A DNA stretch of 60,984 nucleotides, taken from Myxococcota bacterium (lineage in GTDB: Bacteria > Myxococcota_A > UBA796 > GCA-2862545). Shown here piece by piece: positions 37,702-47,695 of this stretch (position 1 is its first letter; each line of letters begins with the position of its first letter). Made by a program: the position numbers and the translations under genes. A model generated the notes under the pieces. It saw only the letters and a list, made by a program, of their open reading frames with translations. It had not been told where the DNA came from and ran no database searches. Location of the stretch: positions 1-60,984 of the forward strand of contig JBCCQY010000047.1 of assembly GCA_039208735.1 (NCBI GenBank), read 5' to 3'.

Positions 37702-40700
37702 CTACCCGACGCGGGGGAACCACAGTTCAAATCGGGTTCCCTGGTCGAGGCGCCTCACCGAGATGTCGCCCCCATGCTCGCGACAAATGCGACGCGCAAT
37801 GTGCAGACCTAGGCCGTGGCCGCCCTCGGTGCCCTTCACCTGGACCCCAACCTGGAAGATTTTCTCCGCGTCCACATCGGAGATGCCAGGTCCTTCGTCG
37901 TCGATTCGAACGCCGACCCGCGCTGCATCACCAAACAGCGACACCCGGACCGTGCCCTGGGGCGGACTGAACTTGATGGCGTTGCCCAACACGTTGCCAA
38001 TGGCCCGCCGAAGCTCCGTCGCTCGCGCCAAGACCTGCCCATTTCCTCCATCGTCTTCGACGGCCAGCTCCACACTCGCGGCCCGGGCCTGCGGAAGGAG
38101 CGAACGGGTCCAGGTGCGGACCGCAGGTGCAAACGGAAAGACCTCCGGAGGCGCCTGGCGAGCGTGCAAGGTGGCTTCGACGAGGGCAAGCGCGTGCCGA
38201 ACGTCGGCCGCGGCACGATTCGCCTCGTGGGATTCGATGATCTCGCCCTCGGCCAGGTCCTCGAGCAACATCAACACGCCCGAGAGGGGGTTCCGCAGGT
38301 CGTGGGCGACCTCCCGGGCCAAGCGCGCCTGCATGCGCACGCCGTCGGTCAGGCGGGCATTCCGCAGTGAAACCGATCCGTGCGCGGCAAGGCACCGCAC
38401 CAAGGCGAGCGCCTCGCCGAGCGTGGCAATCGGCTGTTGGCGACTGTCGAGGTACAGCACACCTTCGACCACCCCGTCGACAAAGAGCGGTGCACACATC
38501 ACCGCCTTAAGGTCCATGGCCACGACGCTTGCGGCCCGATTGAGATCGGCACGCTCTTCGAGATCGGTGACCACGATTTCGCGGCCCAGCGACAGCGCCC
38601 GACGGACGATCGATTCGGCCGGGCGTGCCTCACCGGAAGGATCCCCCGCCCGAGCCCGGATTCGCAGGTTCGAGCCCTCGAGCAGCATCACGAAGGACCG
38701 TTGGGCCTCGATGAGTTCGAGGGAGGCCTGGGCTAGTTCATCGAGCACTTCATCGAGGCTGGTTTGGCTGCATACCCGAACCGACAGTTGCGTGAGCCGG
38801 TCCAGCTTTTCGAGGGGGCCAAGATCTGCGAGCTGGGAAGCCGAAAGCATGGCGTCCGCCCACATGCGCAACGGCACTCGGCCGATCTCGATCGCGTACT
38901 GCTGGACCTCGACGCAGAGCTGTCGGGCTTGCTCGGGCTTGCGAAGTTCGAGAAGCGTCTCGGCGGCCCACAGTCGCGCAATGGCGAGGATGTCCGGTCG
39001 CTGGCTGGGACGAAGAACGTCGAGGGCTTCCGTGAGCACGGCCTTGGCCTCGCTCGACCGACCGGCACGGGCCAATCCGACCGACAACACCGCCTTTGCC
39101 CGGGCCGCCTCGATGGGATCGATGGTGTCTCTCGCCACCGCGATGGCGCGTTCGGCCCATGAGATGGTCTCGATGGACCGCTGGTGGGCATGAAGTTCCG
39201 CCCAACGCCGCAAGCCTTCGGCACTGGGAGGCGCGTCGGTCATCAAGGCTTCCACCTTTCGATACCGCTGTTCGGCCTGGTCGAATTCGCGCCGCCACAA
39301 CGCGACATCGCCCAAGTTGCCCTCTGCCACCGCTTGAAGGGCATCGTCGCCCCGCGCTTGGGCGAGCCGAACCGCTTCTTCCCCGGACGTCGTGGCTTGT
39401 TTCCAACGTCCCAGGTCGCAAAACCCTTGGCAGAGGTTGACATGGACGCGCAGGACCTCAAGGGTCGCGCCGATGTCTTCGAACGACAGCAGCGCGGCTT
39501 CCCAATCCGCAACCGCGCGCTCCACATCGCCCGCGACATACCAGCACACGGCAGCGTTGTTCTGGAGTCGGGCCTGATCGACCGAGGGAAGCGCCGTCCA
39601 CTGGGTCGCCGCCTGCTGCATGGCCATCGCGGCTTCTCGGGGTTGACCGTTGAGCCACAACAGCCGGCCGCGAACCCCCTCCACCGTGGCTCGCGCCCGG
39701 GTTCCCCTTCCGAGTTCCTCGGGCAAGTCAAGCGTGGCAAGGCCGTCTTGCACCGAGGTTTGTTCGGCTCGAATCTGGGCCAGCAAGGCCCTGGCCTCGA
39801 GCCACGATTCGACATCGTCGATGGCATCGTCGGGGCACAACGGCGCACACCGTTGCAACGCCGCCGAATGGTCGGTCCCCCGAAAGTAGGCGCGGGCCTC
39901 GATCAGACGCAGGCTCCGCGGCACCGGCCCTTCCCCGATGACCCCTCGGGCTTCTTTGGTGTAGCGAAGCGCCCGTTCCGCATCCTCGGTGGTCATGTCT
40001 TCGAGGCGGGCCATCGCGAGGAGAAGCGGCAGGTCCTCCTGCGTGGCCGTGCGATCGCTCATCCAGGTCTGGGCTGCATCCCGTGCCCGCTCAACCTCTC
40101 CCGCGGCAATCCAGGCATCGATGGCAGCCACCAGGACCGTACGGGAGTTGGGGCACATCTCCACCATGCGGGTCGCGAGGTCTCCGGCATCGTGAACGTC
40201 AAGGCGGGCTGCCGCCTGCAGGCACGTCGGACCGTCCGTCAACACGCCACGGCGGTCCTCGGCGCCCACGAGCGCCCATCCCAACGCGCCCTTCTGCTCG
40301 GGCGCGTGGGACCATAAGTGCGCCGCGATTTGCGCCCACAGGGCTCGCGGCGTGTCGACCGCTCCCAGCAAGCCCGTCGCCACGCGTAGGTTCGCACACC
40401 GTAGCCGCTCCCGGCCCGACACCAAGCGTTGCCGTCGGAGCGGCATGACAGCCGAGGGGGCGACTTCGGCCACTCCTGCCGCCACGCTGAGGGGAACCGG
40501 TTGAAGCACCCCGATGACGGCCCCGAGGCGGAGGCTCTCTTGCGGCAAAGCATTGAAGGGCACCGCATTGAGGTCGGTGAGATCAATCCGACGGAACGGC
40601 CCCTCCGCGAGTAGCCAACGCCCTCGGCGGTGGCTGAGGGCGCCCGTCTCGACCGCGCGAAGGAGGAGTTGGACGAAGGGGCCCGGCCATCCGCCCACGA

Positions 40701-42033
40701 GGCGCCGGGCCTCAGCGACCACCCGCTCCGCATCCACCTCGCCCAGAATTCCCCGGCACAGGGCCTCCTGCTGGGCCACGTTGAAGGGAGGAAGCGCCAG
40801 GTGGTTGGGAATCCAAGACGGTGGGTGCTTGGTCGCGGCCAACACCGCGGCTCCCCGTTCCACGAGGTTCCGGACCGTGTGGCGCGTCCCTACATCGAGC
40901 TGGTCGAGGTCGTCGACAAGCACGTGCAGTCGGCCTGAGGTTCGTTGCAAAAGCCGCATGGCCGCTTGCCGAGCCCGTGCGAGCCGGTTTGCCCCGGCGG
41001 GCATCGCTTCGGGCGGGCCCCCCAACCCCGGATCCGCCAAGGCAGCGGCAATGGGTCCCCACGGCCTCGACGTCGGAACGAGCGAGACGAACGGAATACC
41101 CCGGGCGCGCAGCTCGCTGCCTACGCGTCGCAAGCCATGCGTGCGCCCCGAACCCGACGGCCCATGGAGGACCAAGGGGAAGGGACGGTCGAGCCACCGT
41201 TTGAGGGTCGGGTCGACCGCTTCGCACGACACCATGACGACGCCCGCGTGTTCTCGCAGGTCCGCAACATCGCGCGGTGGAGGGGCAAACCCCTGGGCGG
41301 CAAGCGTATCGACACACCGGTGGGCTCGCCGTCGGCGCTCGGGGTCAGGCTCGAGCATGCTCTGCAGCAATTCCCGAAACCACGCTGGGCCTTCGGTCAC
41401 TACGGGAGGAGCTTGGCTTCGTCGGCTCGCGGCGAGGGCCCAGTCAAGCTCGGCATCGGGTAGGGTCCCATGCCAAAGCTGGTAGGCCACGAGGCCCAGG
41501 CTGTACACATCCGACGGAGGACCGCCTCGGCCCTGCGCAAGCACCTCGGGGGCTGCGTAGTCGGGCGTTCCTCCCAGCCCTCCCGCAAGCCCAAAGTCCA
41601 CGAGCATGGGATGCCCTTGATCATCGACGATGATGTTGTCGGGCTTCACATCGCCGTGCGTGATCCCGGCCCGGTGGCAGGCCTCTAGGGCATCGAGCAG
41701 CGTCGCCAACAGCAAAAACCGCGTGGTCGGCGACGACGTGGACCACTGCGACAACGTCACGCCAGGGGCGAGCTGCATCGCGATCCACGGCGTAGGCACC
41801 GTACCGGAGCCCGTGAGGCGCACCACCGCAGGGTGAGAGACCCTCGACAACGCTCGAATCTCATTGCTCGGCAACTGCTTGAGAAGCTTGACCACGGCCG
41901 GCCGCCCTTCGTCGTCCTCGGCCCGCCACGTAGTCCCAAACGAACCCGCCCCGATAGGCTCGGACAAACGCCACCCGCCTACCCTTGCAGGCGCGTTCGC
42001 CGCAGTGTTCGGGGCTTCGCTGGAGCGCTCCAT
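37702..42033 (-). CDS. Fusion of Ser/Thr kinase, P-loop ATPase, TPR-like region, GAF and histidine kinase
   Basis: IGAGSFG, HGDVKPDN, DFG, APE; GPSGSGRT, VLVDD; helical repeats; GVLYLDS (GAF); AHDLRNPL, NAIKFS, DEGPG, GHGLGL. Confidence 0.88.
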   Translation of the reverse strand: MERSSEAPNTAANAPARVGGWRLSEPIGAGSFGTTWRAEDDEGRPAVVKLLKQLPSNEIRALSRVSHPAVVRLTGSGTVPTPWIAMQLAPGVTLSQWSTSSPTTRFLLLATLLDALEACHRAGITHGDVKPDNIIVDDQGHPMLVDFGLAGGLGGTPDYAAPEVLAQGRGGPPSDVYSLGLVAYQLWHGTLPDAELDWALAASRRSQAPPVVTEGPAWFRELLQSMLEPDPERRRRAHRCVDTLAAQGFAPPPRDVADLREHAGVVMVSCEAVDPTLKRWLDRPFPLVLHGPSGSGRTHGLRRVGSELRARGIPFVSLVPTSRPWGPIAAALADPGLGGPPEAMPAGANRLARARQAAMRLLQRTSGRLHVLVDDLDQLDVGTRHTVRNLVERGAAVLAATKHPPSWIPNHLALPPFNVAQQEALCRGILGEVDAERVVAEARRLVGGWPGPFVQLLLRAVETGALSHRRGRWLLAEGPFRRIDLTDLNAVPFNALPQESLRLGAVIGVLQPVPLSVAAGVAEVAPSAVMPLRRQRLVSGRERLRCANLRVATGLLGAVDTPRALWAQIAAHLWSHAPEQKGALGWALVGAEDRRGVLTDGPTCLQAAARLDVHDAGDLATRMVEMCPNSRTVLVAAIDAWIAAGEVERARDAAQTWMSDRTATQEDLPLLLAMARLEDMTTEDAERALRYTKEARGVIGEGPVPRSLRLIEARAYFRGTDHSAALQRCAPLCPDDAIDDVESWLEARALLAQIRAEQTSVQDGLATLDLPEELGRGTRARATVEGVRGRLLWLNGQPREAAMAMQQAATQWTALPSVDQARLQNNAAVCWYVAGDVERAVADWEAALLSFEDIGATLEVLRVHVNLCQGFCDLGRWKQATTSGEEAVRLAQARGDDALQAVAEGNLGDVALWRREFDQAEQRYRKVEALMTDAPPSAEGLRRWAELHAHQRSIETISWAERAIAVARDTIDPIEAARAKAVLSVGLARAGRSSEAKAVLTEALDVLRPSQRPDILAIARLWAAETLLELRKPEQARQLCVEVQQYAIEIGRVPLRMWADAMLSASQLADLGPLEKLDRLTQLSVRVCSQTSLDEVLDELAQASLELIEAQRSFVMLLEGSNLRIRARAGDPSGEARPAESIVRRALSLGREIVVTDLEERADLNRAASVVAMDLKAVMCAPLFVDGVVEGVLYLDSRQQPIATLGEALALVRCLAAHGSVSLRNARLTDGVRMQARLAREVAHDLRNPLSGVLMLLEDLAEGEIIESHEANRAAADVRHALALVEATLHARQAPPEVFPFAPAVRTWTRSLLPQARAASVELAVEDDGGNGQVLARATELRRAIGNVLGNAIKFSPPQGTVRVSLFGDAARVGVRIDDEGPGISDVDAEKIFQVGVQVKGTEGGHGLGLHIARRICREHGGDISVRRLDQGTRFELWFPRVG

Positions 42034-42130
42034 GGCCTGGCTATCGGCCGGTATCACGACGGCTTCAGGGTCGTTCAACCTTCGTGGGAGGGATCCGAGA
42101 TGCCGACATTCGCTCGTCTTGGAGGACCCC

Positions 42131-44524
42131 ATGAAACGAGGTTTTGTCGCGGCCACCCTGCTCGCAGGAGCGGGCGCCGCCTACTTGTGGGCCCCGTCGG
42201 TCTCGCCGTCTGGGCTCGCGACCTCTCCCACCGCTGACTCTCCCACCGCTGGCGTCGTGCACCCATGGATTGAGGCCGACGCGGGATCGGACTCGTTCGA
42301 ACTCGCGCCCCCTAGCGTGGCTTCCGAGGTTGTGCCGAAGGGGGCGGTTCCCGCCGTCGAAACCCGCATGTTGCCGTACTTCGACACCCAGTTGCTCGTC
42401 GCCCCCCCTGACGGCCAGTCCCTCGAAAGCGTCGCCCAGGCGCTCAACGCTCGCGTCGTGCATCACGTGGGCCGGAGTGGGTTTGGCGTGATCGAAGTGG
42501 ACCAACCGGACTCGGCGTCCCAACGGCTCACCGCGATGGGGGCTCGGCTCGCGCCGCATGCGCGAACCGTGGGGGCCTCGAATTGGCGCTCGAGACTCAG
42601 TGCGTGGTTTGGCGGTCAAAGCAGGGCTTCCGAAACGATCACCCCCACCGCCCTTCCCGAAACATGGCACCTCGACCAACTGGGGATCGAAGGCCCCGGA
42701 TCGTTTGCCCAGTACGTCGTGGCGGTGCTCGACACAGGTATTGCCTACGAGGAACGTGGGTCCTACCGAAAGGCCACCGGGCTCGCCGGCGTCCGATTTG
42801 TTGCTCCCGCGGACTTCATTGAGAACGACGGGCACCCCAACGACGACCATCAGCACGGCACCCACATCGCAAGCCTCATCGCGAGCGAAGGGGCTATGCC
42901 TGGGGTTGCGCCTGGGGTTTCATTGATGCCCGTCAAGGTGCTCGACGAACACAACCAAGGCACCGAGTGGAGCCTCGTGGAGGGCCTGCATCACGCGATC
43001 GACGAAGGGGCCGACGTCATCAACATGAGTCTGTCGTTCCCGCTGGGGTACGTGCCCAGCCCTGCCCTGCGAGAGGCGATCGAGCGAGCCCACCTCGAGG
43101 GCATGGTGCTCGTCGCCGCCGCGGGCAATGACGGAGCGAAGGACGTGACGTGGCCCGCCGCCAGTCGCTTGGTCGTCGCCGTGGGCGCTTCCGAATCTGA
43201 CGATGTCAGTTGGTTCGCCCACGCCTCGTACACCAATCGAGGCCCAGCGGTTGACGTGCTGGCCCCTGGTGGTTCCCTCGATCGGGACGCGAACCAAGAT
43301 GGTCACCCCGACGGGCTACTCGCCGAGACGATCGACCGAAATGATCCGTCTTCGCTCGGCTATTGGTTCTACGAAGGGACGAGTCAATCGGCGGCTCTGG
43401 TGTCAGGCGCGGTGGTCCGTCTCCTCGCGGACGGAATCGCCCCTTCCGACGTGGCGACGACGCTCCAAACCAGCCGTGAGGAATTCAGCGTCCTCAAGGC
43501 ATTGATCGATGGCTCGGGCACGGTGCCGTTCGACCTGCGCGCCGCGCGCGAGCGTGCCGTGGCGTCCCAAGACGTGTTCGTCGGCCTGTTGCCCTACGTC
43601 GTCGATACCGACTACCTGCCGTTGCCGCGGGCCCAAGTCGTGGTCGTCGACGATGCCTACCAGCCGCTGGCCGGCGTCGATGTGGTTGCCACAACCCGGT
43701 CTGCCGCAGGGCACTCCTGGCTTACCTGCCGCTCTGACGAAACCGGCACTTGCACGCTCCATGCACCGCCATGGAATGCGTCCGCGTGGTCGTTCACCGT
43801 CGATGCGGTGGTGATCGACAACGTGGCTCACCAACCATCCCGATTGCTGTTCGCCTCGGACGGCGCTGAGGTCTTGCTGAAGGCCGTCGAGGACGCGAAC
43901 CTCGAAGGGCCGGCCTCTGTCGCGGTGCACTGGTCGGCCGGTCGCGATCAAGAACTCGACGAGGACCTCGCCGAGGCGTGGGCGGTGATGGACACCGGAA
44001 CCGGCTTGCTCACGAGCCCCTTGGGCCTCGTCTTCTTGCCCTCGCATGTGGATGGCCTGGGCACCGTCGAATCGATCGACCTCGATGTCGATGGCACGGG
44101 TCTGCTCACCAGTCCTCTGGGCTTCCGTCCCCGGGTGCCCTTGCTCGCGCTCAATCAAGGAACGCTCGTGGGATTGGACGGATCTGGATTGCTGACCAGC
44201 CCCTTGGGCTTCCATGCCTCACATCTGTTCGCGCGTCCGCAGCTCGCACTGCAGGCCATCGACGGATCGGGACTCCTCACCAGCCCACTCGGCTTCCGGG
44301 GCCAACCGATCCTCATGGATCGAGCCCGGTCGGCCGCCTCGCTCATTGGTTCGGCACTGGGCGATGCCTTGCTTCCCGGCGGAGGCATCACACCGGATGG
44401 CTCTGATGTCTCGGCGCTGCTTTCGGGAAGCGGCGTGGTGGACGTGGGGCTGTCCGCGCTAGATGAACAGTCAGGAACTCTCCAATCGTCTGCGGTTCGC
44501 CTCGATACCGTGACGCCAGAGTAG
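42131..44524 (+). CDS. Secreted S8 subtilase with C-terminal repeat region
   Basis: RBS GGAGG; signal/TM; triad VAVLDTG, HGTHIA, GTSQSA; oxyanion AAGND; 4x G[TS]GLLTSPLG. Confidence 0.9.
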   Translation: MKRGFVAATLLAGAGAAYLWAPSVSPSGLATSPTADSPTAGVVHPWIEADAGSDSFELAPPSVASEVVPKGAVPAVETRMLPYFDTQLLVAPPDGQSLESVAQALNARVVHHVGRSGFGVIEVDQPDSASQRLTAMGARLAPHARTVGASNWRSRLSAWFGGQSRASETITPTALPETWHLDQLGIEGPGSFAQYVVAVLDTGIAYEERGSYRKATGLAGVRFVAPADFIENDGHPNDDHQHGTHIASLIASEGAMPGVAPGVSLMPVKVLDEHNQGTEWSLVEGLHHAIDEGADVINMSLSFPLGYVPSPALREAIERAHLEGMVLVAAAGNDGAKDVTWPAASRLVVAVGASESDDVSWFAHASYTNRGPAVDVLAPGGSLDRDANQDGHPDGLLAETIDRNDPSSLGYWFYEGTSQSAALVSGAVVRLLADGIAPSDVATTLQTSREEFSVLKALIDGSGTVPFDLRAARERAVASQDVFVGLLPYVVDTDYLPLPRAQVVVVDDAYQPLAGVDVVATTRSAAGHSWLTCRSDETGTCTLHAPPWNASAWSFTVDAVVIDNVAHQPSRLLFASDGAEVLLKAVEDANLEGPASVAVHWSAGRDQELDEDLAEAWAVMDTGTGLLTSPLGLVFLPSHVDGLGTVESIDLDVDGTGLLTSPLGFRPRVPLLALNQGTLVGLDGSGLLTSPLGFHASHLFARPQLALQAIDGSGLLTSPLGFRGQPILMDRARSAASLIGSALGDALLPGGGITPDGSDVSALLSGSGVVDVGLSALDEQSGTLQSSAVRLDTVTPE
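43997..44296 (+). repeat. Four intragenic copies of the peptide motif G[TS]GLLTSPLG[LF]
   Basis: Copies near 43997, 44093, 44180 and 44264; peptide conserved, codons synonymously diverged. Confidence 0.9.
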
Positions 44525-44534
44525 GACGTCGAGA

Positions 44535-44578
44535 CTCGCGCGTCGCGGACGCCGCGTTACGAATGCGCGACGCGCGAG
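44535..44578. repeat. Perfect 13-bp inverted repeat (stem-loop) between subtilase and helicase
   Basis: CTCGCGCGTCGCG-N18-CGCGACGCGCGAG; no U tract. Confidence 0.75.
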
Positions 44579-44640
44579 ACTAGACGATTCGGTACTCGCA
44601 ACTCGCCCCTAGGGGGGCCTCCTTCGGATCCAGGATCCAC

Positions 44641-45897
44641 GTGACGACGTTTGCATCGCTCGGGCTCGCCGAGCCCTTGCTTCGAGCTTTGGCGCGGTGT
44701 GGCTACGAGACGCCCACCCCCGTCCAGGCTCTTGCGATTCCCCCGCTCCTCGAGGGGCGGGACCTGCTGGGCTGCGCACAGACGGGGACCGGCAAAACGG
44801 CTGCGTTTGCCCTGCCCGTCCTGCACCGACTGTTTACCGAGACCCCGCGTCGCAATGGAGCCATTCGCGCTCTCGTGCTCACGCCCACGCGGGAACTTGC
44901 CGCCCAGGTCGAACAGAACTTCCAAAGCTACGGCACCGGAACCCGACTTGCGCACACCGTGGTGACGGGGGGCGTCAATCCTCGCCGCCAGATCGAGGTG
45001 TTGCGAAACGGCGTAGACGTGCTGGTCGCCTGCCCGGGCCGGCTGCTCGATTTGCATGGTCAAGGTCATGTCGACCTGTCGCACATCGAACAGTTCGTGC
45101 TCGATGAGGCCGACCGCATGCTCGACATGGGGTTTGTGCACGACGTGCGCAAGGTGATGGCTCGTCTGCCGAGCCAGCGTCAGAACGTGCTCGTGTCGGC
45201 GACGTTGCCCAAACCGATTGTGAAGCTTGCTCACGAACTCCTCACCGACCCGGTCGAGGTCTCGGTAAGCCCTGAAGCCCCGACCACCGACGCGATTGAC
45301 CAGCGCGTGATGTTCGTCGAAAAGTCCGACAAGCGTCGCCTACTGTCCGACATCATCAAGACGGGCGACATCGACCAAGCCATCGTCTTCACCCGCACCA
45401 AGCACGGGGCCAATCGCCTGGTCAAGCAGCTCGACCAAGCTGGAATCGAAGCCCGCGCCATTCACGGGAACAAGAGTCAAAACGCTCGGACCAGAGCGCT
45501 CGAGGCGTTTCGTAGCGGTGAACTTTCGATTCTCGTCGCCACCGATGTGGTGAGCCGTGGCATCGACGTCGAAGGGGTCTCGCACGTGGTCAACTTCGAC
45601 CTCCCCAACGATCCCGAAAGCTACGTACACCGCATCGGACGAACCGGCCGGGCAGGCCGAACGGGCACCACCATTGCGTTCTGCGACCCCTCCGAAGTGG
45701 AGTACCTGCAGAACATCGAGCGACTGCTCGGCGCGCCGGTGCCCGTTGACCGAGATCACGCTTGGCACAGTGACAATGTCGTGGTTCCCGCCGCCAAGCC
45801 TTCCCGACCCAAGAATCCTGGGCGGTCGCGGCGCCCATCGCGGCGACGGTCACGAGGACGTCGGCGTTCTGGAGCGTCCAAGCCGTCCGCGCCTTAG
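44641..45897 (+). CDS. rhlE: DEAD-box RNA helicase, RhlE-like
   Basis: Q motif, AQTGTGKT, PTRELA, DEAD, SAT, HGNKSQNARTRAL, HRIGRTGRAG; basic tail. Confidence 0.9.
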   Translation: MTTFASLGLAEPLLRALARCGYETPTPVQALAIPPLLEGRDLLGCAQTGTGKTAAFALPVLHRLFTETPRRNGAIRALVLTPTRELAAQVEQNFQSYGTGTRLAHTVVTGGVNPRRQIEVLRNGVDVLVACPGRLLDLHGQGHVDLSHIEQFVLDEADRMLDMGFVHDVRKVMARLPSQRQNVLVSATLPKPIVKLAHELLTDPVEVSVSPEAPTTDAIDQRVMFVEKSDKRRLLSDIIKTGDIDQAIVFTRTKHGANRLVKQLDQAGIEARAIHGNKSQNARTRALEAFRSGELSILVATDVVSRGIDVEGVSHVVNFDLPNDPESYVHRIGRTGRAGRTGTTIAFCDPSEVEYLQNIERLLGAPVPVDRDHAWHSDNVVVPAAKPSRPKNPGRSRRPSRRRSRGRRRSGASKPSAP

Positions 45898-45915
45898 CGA
45901 CTTCGAGAGCTGAGC

Positions 45916-46944
45916 CTACGACTGGCGCAGTAGGTAGCGGTTCGAGATGACCTTGAAGGACAGGCGCTTGCCAAGGGTAGGACTCGTGATGCCCTGGCGC
46001 GAACGAACCACGAGCCCCTCACGTTCATTGCGGGTGCCGGGGTAGCGCCCTTCCGCCAATTCGAGCAACGACGCCTGGTCGTGAGCGAACGCCTCGCCCT
46101 CTTCGATGACGGGCACCGATACAAGATCGAGCTGCTCGCACAGGGCGACGCGCTCGTCGTGCTTCAGGTGCCGGTGCTCGACTAAATCGTAGGCATCGAA
46201 GACGAACCAGGCGAGGTCGTCCAGACCTAGACGGTTCTTGTGTACGCCCGGACCGCACAACTCTCCCTGCAAGGCATACCGTCCGTCGACCGAACGAATC
46301 CGCGCCTCGAGCTCGAGCGCATCCGCCACTTTCCAGTAGCCCCCTGCGCCTTGGCGAATGGAGTAGTTGCGACTGCACGCGTGAAACTCCCCGTCGTCGG
46401 GGTCGATGAGAAACGTCGCGCTGGCCCCGTCACACTTCAGGGTCACGACGTAGGAAAGGCCGTTCAGCTCCTCAACGATGCGGGGCATGGATTGAATGCG
46501 CATTTCCTCGGTGCGAGGCACCCCAGCGGGGAATGGCCCCCGGATGTCGGTCGCCCCAGAGGGCAGCGGGGGCTCATACTTGCCCACCCCCAGCTGGTCG
46601 GTCACATCCGTGCCTTCGTCGAGATCCGTAGGCAGTCCCACCACGCGCAACGGCATCAGCAGTCCCTGCGACAGGCAGCCCCGGAGCCGCATCGTGCGAA
46701 TGCGAAACCGCTCCGGGCGAGGCACCGAACCCAACGCTTCCCCTTTGGGCGTCCAAAGGAACTGGAAGGCCTTCTCGTCAGGGGGAATGGCGTCGATCTC
46801 GAAAAACACCCCGAGATCACCTGGGGAAAACTCCCCTTTCTTGGTCACGCACTGCCAACCGTTGATGCGGGTGGCCACAATGACATCGGCACCCGGGATG
46901 GGTTCGACAGCAAGAACGCGTTGGATGGATGCAAGCTTACGCAT
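45916..46944 (-). CDS. RNA ligase (ATP), DRB0094/Rnl5 family
   Basis: MRKLASIQRV..VEPIPGAD (OB-like N-terminus); KCDG motif I; QGE; EGLV; SFKVISNRYL. Confidence 0.9.
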   Translation of the reverse strand: MRKLASIQRVLAVEPIPGADVIVATRINGWQCVTKKGEFSPGDLGVFFEIDAIPPDEKAFQFLWTPKGEALGSVPRPERFRIRTMRLRGCLSQGLLMPLRVVGLPTDLDEGTDVTDQLGVGKYEPPLPSGATDIRGPFPAGVPRTEEMRIQSMPRIVEELNGLSYVVTLKCDGASATFLIDPDDGEFHACSRNYSIRQGAGGYWKVADALELEARIRSVDGRYALQGELCGPGVHKNRLGLDDLAWFVFDAYDLVEHRHLKHDERVALCEQLDLVSVPVIEEGEAFAHDQASLLELAEGRYPGTRNEREGLVVRSRQGITSPTLGKRLSFKVISNRYLLRQS

Positions 46945-47015
46945 GGGATGCGCCCCGCGACACGGATGGACTGCGGTTTTGCGTAGTCGGTCCATCCCCC
47001 TCCGTCGAGTGAGGT

Positions 47016-47588
47016 CTACGGCGTGGCGTTCAGGGGGCATCGCGACCGGGCCATGGCGAGCATCTCGGCCTGGTCCGAAAACACGTCATCAAGCTGTCCC
47101 AACGCAAAGGTGTCGAGCGAGGGCCCCCACCATCGGCAGCCTACGGCACGGTCGCGGTCATCGTAGGCAATGGCGGAGAACACGCCTCGGTACCGGGTGC
47201 ATTCTCCATGACTCCAGCGCGTTTCGAAGCGCGTCCACAACGATGAACCTGTCTCAACCTTGATCATTTCGAGGCTCGCGCCTCCCGCAGGAAGGGGATG
47301 GTCTTCATCCGGTTCAACCGCCACGACCACCTCGACCCGCTCCGCTCGGCCCGTGGTTTCGACGACCAATTGCCAATCTCGGCCGTCACACTCCAAGAAT
47401 GCCAAATCCAGTCGCGCGGGCGGAGCGGCTACGCCAGGCTCGGTTGAGTAGGGAGGATCGGTCGGGGAAACCGGGCCCTTGGGCAAGGGCGCGGTTGGGA
47501 TCGATGGGGGGCTCCAAGACGGCCCCGCGCCCGGAGCGACACTGTCATCTCCGCCTGAGCACGCCACCAGTAGGCTCAGCAGCACCAT
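47016..47588 (-). CDS. Hypothetical lipoprotein
   Basis: Lipobox LVAC; Pro-rich linker; Cys-containing domain. Confidence 0.6.
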   Translation of the reverse strand: MVLLSLLVACSGGDDSVAPGAGPSWSPPSIPTAPLPKGPVSPTDPPYSTEPGVAAPPARLDLAFLECDGRDWQLVVETTGRAERVEVVVAVEPDEDHPLPAGGASLEMIKVETGSSLWTRFETRWSHGECTRYRGVFSAIAYDDRDRAVGCRWWGPSLDTFALGQLDDVFSDQAEMLAMARSRCPLNATP

Positions 47589-47695
47589 GTTCCGTCCTCC
47601 GACCGTTCTCCCCTCTTTTCGACGCGAAACCGAGTTCATTTGCATGGCGGAGGTCTGGTCTGCGGGAACCCTCCGCTCAACCATCAAAACGACGG

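Noticed and set aside
41864..42156. Overlap between the dual kinase and subtilase ORFs
   Set aside because: It disappears with the more plausible starts at 42033 (minus) and 42131 (plus, with RBS GGAGG).
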